This document shows, in pieces, positions 1 through 9,200 of a stretch of DNA of 64,000 nt; positions within the stretch are counted from its first letter, which is position 1, and every line of letters begins with the position of its first letter. A program made the translations under genes and the position numbers. The notes below the pieces were generated by a model. The model did not search any database, was not told the origin of the DNA, and saw only the letters and a program-made list of their open reading frames with translations. This DNA comes from an uncultured cyanobacterium. Lineage in GTDB: Bacteria; Cyanobacteriota; Cyanobacteriia; Cyanobacteriales; CAWUOF01. The stretch spans positions 4,160,001 to 4,224,000 of the forward strand of contig CAVUSO010000001.1 in assembly GCA_963744145.1 (NCBI GenBank), written 5' to 3'.

Positions 1-60
1 ATGGTTGGCAAGCCCCGTAAATCAATTTACGATCGATTAATCAGCCCATCCTCTGCGCTT

Positions 61-1578
61 ATGACCTTTAATTCAATTCTGTATGGACTCTTCCTGTTAA
101 GTATCTTTATCGTTTACTGGTGCTTACAAGAACAAAAGTTGCGACTGTGGACACTGTTCATTGCTAGTCTAGTCTTTTACGCTTCTCTCCAAATACAATA
201 TATTCCCCTGCTTCTGGCTAGTGTCCTGATTAATTTTTATCTGGGGCTCAGGTTGGGGGAAAATACCGGATCAGGACGTCATCGAAAAAACTGGAAACTG
301 ACTAACGCCGAGTGGCAATTTGCCCAACAAGATTGGAATTGGCGCAGGTTAATTGTACTGATTTTCGCGATTAGCCTGAATATTTTGCTATTGCTAAGTT
401 TTAAATATCTGCCCTTTATTTTCACATCCTTAAGTACCTATCTATCATGGCCTTATGGCTTAGAAATTGCAGAATGGTTTAGTAAACACGCGATCGCTCC
501 GGTCGGAATCAGTTTTTTTACCTTTGAGTGTATTGCTTACTTAGTAGATATTTATCGTGGGGCACCAGCTGCAACTAAATTGAGCAAATTTGCTGCTTAT
601 AAATTCTTTTTTCCTAAACTTCTTTCCGGTCCAATTACCCGCTATCACTACTTAGCCAACCAATTTAAAACCTTAGAATTTCCTCGCACTAACCAACTGG
701 TAGAAGGATTATGGCTAATCGCATCTGGAGCGGTGAAAAAAAGTATAATTGCTGATAACCTGGGAATTTTCGTTGATTTATGCTTTGGCAATTTACAGCG
801 AGCTGGTAGTGGGGATTTATGGTTAGCAACCTGTGCTTATGGACTACAACTATATCTAGATTTTAGTGGTTATGTAGATTTAGCCAGAGGTAGTGCCTTA
901 TTACTAGGTTTACATCTCCCGCCAAATTTTGATTTTCCCTATTTTAGCACTAGCATTGCCGAATTTTGGCGACGGTGGCATATTACCCTAGGAGATTGGC
1001 TAAGAAACTACATTTATTTTCCGCTTGGTGGTTCAAGAGCAGGATTAATTCGCACTTGTTTTAATTTATTAATTGTCATGGTAATTGCGGGAATCTGGCA
1101 CGGTGCAGCTTGGGGATTTATTTTTTGGGGGTTCTTGCACGGTTTAGGTTTAGTAATTCACCGATTAACAGAAAGTATTTGTAATTACTGGTCTTGGCTG
1201 AAAAGTGGTTGGCAAAGTTTACCGGGAATCGTCATCGCTTGGTTATTAACTCAAGGAATGGTATTTGGTTCTTGGATTTTCTTCCGATTGCCTAATTTTA
1301 AAGATTCGGGCTGGGTATGGGAGCATTTTTGGGGTCATCAAGCTGACATTCAATTTGCCCAAAAAGTTTATTTGGAAGCGCTGGGTCTATCGCGATTTCA
1401 AGTTATCTCACTTATCTTAGCTTTGGTAACTTGTATGAGCATAAATTATGCTGTAACTCGCGGTTTGAAAGTAGAGTTAACCTTACCTCTCAAAGCACTA
1501 TTGGTCCCCTTGAGTCTTTATGCAGTTTTCTTATTAGCTCCTGCGGGTGGATTACCTTATATTTATTTTGACTTTTAG
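61..1578 (+). CDS. MBOAT family O-acyltransferase (AlgI/DltB-like)
   Basis: Multi-TM protein with 'GISFFTF', 'DFSGYVDLA', 'EFWRRWHITL', 'GIWHGA' motifs; ATG at 61 (MTFNS..) is the family-typical start, ORF track extends to 1. Confidence 0.9.
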   Translation: MTFNSILYGLFLLSIFIVYWCLQEQKLRLWTLFIASLVFYASLQIQYIPLLLASVLINFYLGLRLGENTGSGRHRKNWKLTNAEWQFAQQDWNWRRLIVLIFAISLNILLLLSFKYLPFIFTSLSTYLSWPYGLEIAEWFSKHAIAPVGISFFTFECIAYLVDIYRGAPAATKLSKFAAYKFFFPKLLSGPITRYHYLANQFKTLEFPRTNQLVEGLWLIASGAVKKSIIADNLGIFVDLCFGNLQRAGSGDLWLATCAYGLQLYLDFSGYVDLARGSALLLGLHLPPNFDFPYFSTSIAEFWRRWHITLGDWLRNYIYFPLGGSRAGLIRTCFNLLIVMVIAGIWHGAAWGFIFWGFLHGLGLVIHRLTESICNYWSWLKSGWQSLPGIVIAWLLTQGMVFGSWIFFRLPNFKDSGWVWEHFWGHQADIQFAQKVYLEALGLSRFQVISLILALVTCMSINYAVTRGLKVELTLPLKALLVPLSLYAVFLLAPAGGLPYIYFDF

Positions 1579-1680
1579 CCTGAGCATGATTCCGATGCAA
1601 CGGCAAGATGCTCACTTCACCTAAGTAATTGTATACTAAGTGAATATAGTACAATGTGTAAGCGAATGTGAAAATTCTTT

Positions 1681-2830
1681 AGACATCTCCAAAATTTAAA
1701 CTTCGTGCTAAAATAAGAAAAAATATCGTCAAGTTGGTCAAAAGGTTAGAGCTAATGAGCCTGATATTAGAATACCTGGAAAAGCATCCCAAAGAGGCCA
1801 AACGTCTAATTGGAATTACGGCTGAACAATTTCAGCAATTATGCGGTCATGCAGAAATTTTGGTCAAGCAAAAACAAGAGAAAATTGAAACTAAGAAAAT
1901 TCGGATTAATCGTCAAGGAGCTGGTTGTAAATCCAAACTTTCAATCAAAGAACAAGTATTGTTAACCTTGGTATATTTGTCCCAATTTCCGACTTTTCAA
2001 TACTTAGGTATTCAATTTGAAGTGAGCGAGTCTACCGCACATAACATTTTTCATGAGTGGGTGATTACTTTGGGAGAGTTACTACCAGCAACTCTGTTAG
2101 AACAATTGAAAAAAAAAGAGACAGATTACGAATTAGTGCAAGAAATATTGACTCAGTATGAATTAATCGTAGATAGCGCTGAACAGCCGATAGAAAGACC
2201 ATCTGACTACGAAGAGCAGAAAAAATTCTTTTCAGGAAAAAAGAAAAGGCATACCAGAAAAACTCAATTTATTGTTTTGCCTAAAGCCAAAGATATTGTC
2301 GATCTAAAAGTAGGTGACCCTGGTCCAAAAAGCGATATTAATCAATTTCGAGAACGGCAAAAAGAATTTAGGAGTGAGCAAAAATTCCGAGGAGATAAAG
2401 CTTATATAGGAGCTGAACAAATATCTACTCCCCACAAAAAACCGAAAAATCGTCAATTAACTGAACAGCAAAATGAGGAAAATCAAAAATCTGCACAGAA
2501 ACGTATTTATGTGGAACATGTAATTAGATTAGTAAAAATCTTCCGCATCGCTCAAGAAAGATTTCGACTGAGGGCGAAAAATTATGAGCAAGTTATTCGG
2601 CTGGTATGTGGGTTAGTAAGACTCCGAATTGAAGCCTTAGTTCTGTCGAGGTTATCTACTGAGTAAATAGTCTGAATATGAAGTGAATTCAATTTTCTAT
2701 ATTTTGGCAAGTTTTTAACAACAAATGCTTCAAATGCTTATAATCTCGTAATTCAACCTTGCATTAAAAAAGTAAGCAAAAACTACCAAATTATTACCCA
2801 CAAAGAACTTCCTAATTTTTGGAGATGTCT
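1681..2830 (+). mobile_element. IS5-family-like insertion sequence, 1150 bp, with terminal inverted repeats and 3-bp TTT target duplication
   Basis: Left end AGACATCTCCAAAA (1681-1694) and right end TTTTGGAGATGTCT (2817-2830) are perfect 14-bp IRs; TTT at 1678-1680 and 2831-2833; internal DDE transposase. Confidence 0.92.
1755..2666 (+). CDS. DDE transposase (HTH + DDE_Tnp_4-like, IS5/ISL2-like)
   Basis: 'IVDSAEQPIERP', 'SGKKKRH', 'GDKAYIG', 'RIYVEHVIRLVKIFR' motifs; ATG 1755 (track start TTG 1734). Confidence 0.9.
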   Translation: MSLILEYLEKHPKEAKRLIGITAEQFQQLCGHAEILVKQKQEKIETKKIRINRQGAGCKSKLSIKEQVLLTLVYLSQFPTFQYLGIQFEVSESTAHNIFHEWVITLGELLPATLLEQLKKKETDYELVQEILTQYELIVDSAEQPIERPSDYEEQKKFFSGKKKRHTRKTQFIVLPKAKDIVDLKVGDPGPKSDINQFRERQKEFRSEQKFRGDKAYIGAEQISTPHKKPKNRQLTEQQNEENQKSAQKRIYVEHVIRLVKIFRIAQERFRLRAKNYEQVIRLVCGLVRLRIEALVLSRLSTE

Positions 2831-2853
2831 TTTGTGTAGAAGACGATAAATTA

Positions 2854-5286
2854 TTGGCACAACTGCTTCAAGACACCTTAATTAAACAAAATTATCAGGT
2901 GGAACTAGCAGCAGATGGTCTAATAGGATGGCACTTAGCAGAATCCTTTACCTTCGATCTAATTTTGCTAGATTTGGTTTTACCCAAGTTAGATGGGATG
3001 TGTTTTTGTAAACAACTCCGATCCAGTCCGTCTATTCCTCTCAATCCCAATCGAGATACTCCCGTTCTCCTGATGACAGCCGTAGATACAATTACTAATA
3101 AAGTAATGGGATTGGATGCTGGAGCAGATGATTATGTGGTCAAACCTTTTGACTTAGAAGAAATATTAGCAAGAATTCGGGCATTAACGAGACGACCCCA
3201 GCAAATCCGGACACCGATATTAACCTGGGGTGAATTATGTCTCAATTCTAATAATTGTGAAGTGACCTACGGAGGACAATCTGTCTTCTTGACTTCTAAG
3301 GAGTATGGACTCCTAGAACTGTTTTTGCAAAATCCAGACCAAATTTTTAGTTCCGGTCGGTTGCTCGACCGTTTATGGGCTTTAGATGACAGTCCGACGG
3401 AAGGAACTGTTAGAACACATATCAAAAGTTTGCGTCACAAATTCCGACAGGTGGGAGCATTAGAGCTGATTGAGACTATTTATAAATTAGGATATCGATT
3501 AAAAGCACAACCACAGAAAATACATTTAGAAGTTTTTCCAGACCAGAAAAATCAACCAGAAAACCAAATTGTTGATCATCCGATTCAGCCAGCTCTTTCA
3601 TCCTTAAAAGTCTCACCAGAATTGCAAGATATCTGGTTAGAATATCGTCAATCCTATTGCGATCGCTTAACGGTGATTGAAGCAGCTATAAGTGCTTTAA
3701 AAAATGGTCAATTAATCAGTGAAAACAAACATCAAGCAGAACGGGAAGCTCATACATTAATTGGCTCATTGGGTAGCTTTGGGTTAGTTGAAGCAGCTCA
3801 GATTTCGCGAAAAATACAGCAGCTTCTCCAACAGGAACAAACCTTAGCAACAGCAGAAATTGCTCAATTAGAACAACTGATCGCAGAATTAAAACAACAT
3901 TTGCAAGATCCAAATGACCATAATCAAGAAATCAATTCAGATGAATTATTATCGCTTTCGACATCTTTACCCTACTCTTATAGTGCACTGCTGTTGATCA
4001 TCGATCGGGATGTCAATTATGCCAACAAAATTGCGATCGAAGCAATTACCTGGGGAATTCAGACAGAAATCGCGATCGAATACCACCAAGCATATACATT
4101 GCTCAATCGTCATAATTTTGATATCATTATTTTAGATTTAAACTTTTCCGATGTCTGGGAAAATGAATTAAAATTTCTGGCTAATATCCATTATGGTTAT
4201 CCCCAGAGTCCGATCATTATTTTGACTGCTGAAGAATCTTTAAGTAAAAGAATCCAAACCGCTCGATTGGGAAGTCAATGCTTTTTGCAAAAAAACCTGA
4301 TCACTTCTCATCAGATCTTAGAAACTGTTACCCAAATTCTGCAACAAACTAAAGCATCTCCTCAACGGTTATTAATTGTTGATAATGATCCAGTTCAGAT
4401 CGAACTTTTCCAGAGCTTATTCGCACCATATAATTATCAAATAACCTACCTCGAAAATCCCCAAAAATTCTGGGAAACTTTAGAGATCACTGCTCCCGAT
4501 CTCGTCATCTTGGAAACAGAATTTGCTAGGGATTCTTCTGATATCATCGAAAATCAAAAAAATCTGATCTATCCTTTAAGTGGGTTTGATTTATGTCAAG
4601 TCATCCGTCATGATCCGCTTTGGAATCGATTACCAGTTCTTTTTGTATCTGCTCATACAGATCCAGAAATAATTCAGCGTTGTTTTGCTTTTGGTGCTGA
4701 TGATTTTTTAAGTAAACCAATTGTCCAAGACGAATTACTGCTCCGGATTAAAGTCCGATTAGAACAGCGAAAATTATGGAAAGTAACGGAAATAGATGCT
4801 TTGACAGGAGTCAGTTTAAGACAAAAAGCTTTACAAAATTTAACCCGATTACTCAATTTAGCGAGAAGACAACATAAACCCTTAAGTTTAGCTCTGCTAG
4901 ATTTAGACTTATTTAAACAGGTTAATGATCAGCATGGACATGAAATGGGTGATTATGTGTTAAGTTATCTAGGAAAATTATTATCTCAGCTATTTAGACA
5001 AGAAGATGTGGTGGGAAGATGGGGGGGTGAGGAGTTTATCCTGGGTATGTACGGAGCAACTAAGGAAAATGCTATGAGTCGCTTAACTAAATTTCTTCAT
5101 CAGTTTAGACAACATCAATTTATTGGCAAAAATCACAAATTATTCCAAGTTACCTTTAGTGCTGGAATCGCTCAATTTCCAGAACATGGTCAAGATATAC
5201 ATAAACTTTACCAAGCAGCCGACATTGCACTTTATCAAGCTAAAACTTCAGGAAGAAATCAAATCTTTCTAGCAGACATGGATTAA
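2854..5286 (+). CDS. Multi-domain response regulator / diguanylate cyclase (REC-wHTH-HPt-REC-REC-GGDEF), 5' end separated by the IS
   Basis: 'ILLDLVLP' and 'GADDYVVKPF' REC, OmpR-type wHTH 'TVRTHIKSLRHK', HPt 'AHTLIGSLGSFG', 'RQEDVVGRWGGEEF'; original start GTG at 1668. Confidence 0.88.
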   Translation: MAQLLQDTLIKQNYQVELAADGLIGWHLAESFTFDLILLDLVLPKLDGMCFCKQLRSSPSIPLNPNRDTPVLLMTAVDTITNKVMGLDAGADDYVVKPFDLEEILARIRALTRRPQQIRTPILTWGELCLNSNNCEVTYGGQSVFLTSKEYGLLELFLQNPDQIFSSGRLLDRLWALDDSPTEGTVRTHIKSLRHKFRQVGALELIETIYKLGYRLKAQPQKIHLEVFPDQKNQPENQIVDHPIQPALSSLKVSPELQDIWLEYRQSYCDRLTVIEAAISALKNGQLISENKHQAEREAHTLIGSLGSFGLVEAAQISRKIQQLLQQEQTLATAEIAQLEQLIAELKQHLQDPNDHNQEINSDELLSLSTSLPYSYSALLLIIDRDVNYANKIAIEAITWGIQTEIAIEYHQAYTLLNRHNFDIIILDLNFSDVWENELKFLANIHYGYPQSPIIILTAEESLSKRIQTARLGSQCFLQKNLITSHQILETVTQILQQTKASPQRLLIVDNDPVQIELFQSLFAPYNYQITYLENPQKFWETLEITAPDLVILETEFARDSSDIIENQKNLIYPLSGFDLCQVIRHDPLWNRLPVLFVSAHTDPEIIQRCFAFGADDFLSKPIVQDELLLRIKVRLEQRKLWKVTEIDALTGVSLRQKALQNLTRLLNLARRQHKPLSLALLDLDLFKQVNDQHGHEMGDYVLSYLGKLLSQLFRQEDVVGRWGGEEFILGMYGATKENAMSRLTKFLHQFRQHQFIGKNHKLFQVTFSAGIAQFPEHGQDIHKLYQAADIALYQAKTSGRNQIFLADMD

Positions 5287-5297
5287 TCAGATGAATG

Positions 5298-5315
5298 AAC
5301 CAAACTGTATTGATT
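5298..5315 (+). repeat. 18-bp direct repeat, left of TA pair
   Basis: AACCAAACTGTATTGATT matches 6247-6264 at 17/18. Confidence 0.75.
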
Positions 5316-5445
5316 ACTCAGTGGGCGCTTGAATGCTTAAAAATATGCTATAATCGTTGAAAGTGATGCACTTCAATAGTTCGAGCATTGCGCCCCTTAT
5401 TGTACTAAGGATTAGGGTAAATAAACCGAGAGCAAATCAATAATT

Positions 5446-5706
5446 ATGAGTAAACTAATCTTAGAAATTCCTGCTCAAGTAACAGAAGGATTACGCTTAC
5501 CTCCTGATGAACGTCTTCATCGAGTACGCATTGAACTAGCAATTAGACTGTATCAAAAAAGTATTCTTTCCTTTGGTAAAGCGCGTGAATTAGCCCAATT
5601 AAGTAAATGGGAATTTCACGAATTATTAGGGCAAGAAAACATTGAACGTCAATATGACTTAGAAGAATTGGAAACTGATTTAGAAACATTAGAAACCTTA
5701 CTATGA
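5446..5706 (+). CDS. UPF0175-family putative antitoxin (HTH)
   Basis: 'ELAIRLYQKSILSFGKARELAQLSKWEFHELL' typical of UPF0175; overlaps next gene by 4 nt (ATGA). Confidence 0.85.
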   Translation: MSKLILEIPAQVTEGLRLPPDERLHRVRIELAIRLYQKSILSFGKARELAQLSKWEFHELLGQENIERQYDLEELETDLETLETLL

Positions 5707-6191
5707 AAGCTGTCAGTAATTCATCAGTTTTAATTGCTTTAAGCAGTATTGGACAATTAGAATTGATTAAATTAAGATTTCCAAATGGTGTAATTATTCC
5801 CCAATCTGTGTGGAAAGAAGTTGTGGAAACAGGTAGAGGAAGAAACGGTGCTGAACAGGTATCAAAAACTTCCTGGTTAACTATTTCTTCGGTTACTAAT
5901 ACTTCTTTAATCTCTTTATTAAGATTAGAATTAGATGAGGGAGAATCAGAAGCGATCGCGCTTTTTATTGAACAACCAAGTCAAGCTATTTTACTTGATG
6001 AAAAAAATGCTAGACGAATCGCAAAACTGATGAATTTACCTGTATTAGGTACAGTAGGAATTTTAATTTGGGCTAAACAAAATGGATTAATCCCTAATTT
6101 AAAAGAACAACTTAATACTTTACAATCGGTTGGTAAATTTCGGTTAAGTCATTTAATTTATCAAGAAGCTCTTAAAAAAGTTGGTGAATAG
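5703..6191 (+). CDS. DUF3368-type PIN-domain putative toxin
   Basis: 'VSNSSVLIAL', 'LDEGESEAIAL', 'LLDEKNAR', 'GTVGILIWAK' PIN/DUF3368 pattern. Confidence 0.85.
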   Translation: MKAVSNSSVLIALSSIGQLELIKLRFPNGVIIPQSVWKEVVETGRGRNGAEQVSKTSWLTISSVTNTSLISLLRLELDEGESEAIALFIEQPSQAILLDEKNARRIAKLMNLPVLGTVGILIWAKQNGLIPNLKEQLNTLQSVGKFRLSHLIYQEALKKVGE

Positions 6192-6246
6192 AGTTTAGAA
6201 ACGATGCTTTTATTGACTCGCACGGAATCAAAAATATTACACACTT

Positions 6247-6264
6247 AACCGAACTGTATTGATT
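6247..6264 (+). repeat. 18-bp direct repeat, right of TA pair
   Basis: AACCGAACTGTATTGATT. Confidence 0.75.
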
Positions 6265-6287
6265 TCTACCTCTCCAGAGAAGACGTT

Positions 6288-9200
6288 ATGAATATTTGCA
6301 CTAAAACTATCGATTCAAATGGTCATCAGCACCAATTAGAAAAGGATCAATTATTAAGCCGGATCTTAGCCCAAATCAGCGATGTAATAGTCGCAATTAA
6401 TCTGGAACAGCAGATAATTTATTGGAATCAAGCTGCTGAGGAATATTATGGGATTAAAGCTGAACAAGCGATCGGCAAATCTGAGCAAGAATGTTATCAA
6501 TATTGCTGGTTAAATCCTGAAGATGAAGCGATCGCTCAGGAATCTTTAGCGATTCTGGGTTACTGGAAAGGAGAAAACATTCAGCGTAAATTAACTGGGG
6601 AAGAAATCATATTTGAATCAGCGATTAATGTCTTTAAAGATGAAACTGGTCAGATGATTGGCAAAATTATTGTCAGTCGTGATATTAGCGATCGCTGTAC
6701 GACAGAATTATCTTTACGTCAATATGAACGGATTGTAGCGACAACAGCAGATTGTATGTGTTTAATTGATGGTAACTATACTTACCGAATCGCTAATCCA
6801 GCTTACTTAAAACTATTAAAAAAAACTCATTCAGAAGTGGTTGGACATTTAATTAGTGAAGTGTTAGGAGCCGATAATTTTAGCCAGAATATAAAAAACT
6901 ATCTTGATCAAAGCTTAAATGGTCAATTAGTTGACAATCAACTCTGGATCGAAATTCCCCATATTGGTAAAAGATATATTCGTCGCACTTATACACCCTG
7001 TTTAGATCAGCAAGAGAATGTGATTGGAGCGGTTGTTAGTCTCCAAGACTTAACCCATTTGAAGCAAACAGAAGAAGCACTAGCTAAAGAAATCCTCCGC
7101 AACAAAATTCTCTTTAATATCTCTTTTGATGGGATTGTGATCCTCGATCATCAGGGTAATGTGATCGAAACTAATCATAGTTTTGCCCAAATGATTGGTT
7201 ATCCCTTAGCAGAAACAACAAAACTGAATGTAGCTGACTGGGACCCTCAATGGAGAGAAAATAGTCAAAAGTGTGCAAATAAATCCCTCAAACAACAGGA
7301 AACTTATTTCCATCGTCAAGATGGTTCTCTCTGTCATGTAGAAATTTCTGGTAATTGGGTAGAATGGGAAGGAGAAATTATTAAATTTTGCATAGTAAGG
7401 GATATTAGCGATCGCAAACGAGTGGAAGCAGTTCTCCAAGAAAGGGAAGCATTTTTACGCTCAGTTGGTGATAATTTACCTAGGGGATTTTTGTATCAGG
7501 TTTCTCGCGAATTAGATGGAAGCGATCGGTTTTACTATCTCAGTGCTGGAGTGGAAAGAGAAACTGGTTTAAAAATTGCAGATATTTTACAAAATACCGG
7601 TTTATTACATAGTCAGATTCTGCCCGAAGACTTGGAATATATGAATCAAAAAGTGGTAGAGTCATTAGCAAATATGTCCATCTTTGATGTGCAAGTACGT
7701 GAGCGATCGCCAAACGGAAAAATTCGCTGGTTACATTTGACTTCAAAACCACGTCGTTTAGAGGATGGAAGAGTAGTTTGGGATGGGATTCGACTCGATA
7801 TTACTAATCTGAAACAGACTGAAGAAAAGCTGCGTCAAAATCAAGCTAGACTAATCGAAGCTCAACAAGTAGCACATATTGGGAATTGGGAATATAATCC
7901 CAGCAATGGTAAAATCTTCTGGACTGAAGAATTATTTCGTCTATTCAACCGAGATCCAGCACTTTTAGAGCCAAATTTTCCCGAATATATCCAATTATAT
8001 CATCCCGAAGATCAAGATAAATTACAGCAAGCGATCGCTTACACAATCTCCACTGGAGAATCCTACAAACTCACCCTCCGGACCGTTACTCCCACCGGAA
8101 ATATGCGTTATATCGAAGGAATTGGACGGGCAGAATTGACGACCGATAAACAAGTGATTCGGATCTATGGAACTATCCAAGATGTCACCGAACGTATCCT
8201 CGCAGAACAGGAACTTTGGGAAAGTCAAGAACACTATAAAATCCTGGTGCAAAATGCTCCCGTTGGTATATTTAAAACTGATACTCAAGGAAATTGCTTA
8301 TATGTGAATCCGCGGTGGTTAGAAATGACTGGATTGTCAAGATCAGAAGCATTAGGAAAGGGGTGGGTTCGTGCTATTCATCCTGATGATCAAAAACGAA
8401 TCATTAATGAGTGTAAAAATGGCACAAAACAAGGTTCTTACTGGACAATGGAATATCGTTTCCTGAAACCAAATGGCAAAGAAATCTGGGTATCTGGTCA
8501 AGTTGTACCATTCCGCAATAATTTAGGAGAAATAATCAGCTATTTTGGTACGGTTATGGATATTACAGTACACAAACAAGCTGAAGAATCTCTCTACCAG
8601 GGTAAAGAATATTATCGCTCTTTAATTACAGCATTAGCTGAAGGAATTGTTTTTCAGCAAGCAGATTCAGAAATTACAGATTGTAACGAAAGTGCCCAGA
8701 GGATTTTGGGATTAAGTGCAGACCAAATTATGGGACGAACATCCATTGATTCCATTTGGAAAGCAATCCATGAAGATGGTTCCCAATTCCTTGGTGAAAA
8801 CCATCCCTCAATGGTCACATTAAGAACCGGACAACCTCAAGCAAATGTAGTGATGGGAGTGCATAAACCTGATGGTAGTTTAACCTGGATTTCGATTAAT
8901 TCTCAACCTCTGATTCAACCAGGAGAATCCCAAGCATCAGGAGTTGTTTGTTCTTTTTCTGATATTACTGAAAAAAGAAAACTCACGCAAGAATTAGCAC
9001 AGAAAACTAAACTGCTTGATTCCTTTATTAATTGCGCTCCGGTAGGAATGGCATTTTTAGATGATCAACTTCGTTTTTCGCTAGTAAATGAAGCTTTAGC
9101 AGAAATGAATGGGATCTCTGTAGCTGAACATATTGGCAAAACTCCTGGAGAAATTCTGTCGGATTTAAAAAATCAAATTGAGCCAATATTTACAGAAGTT

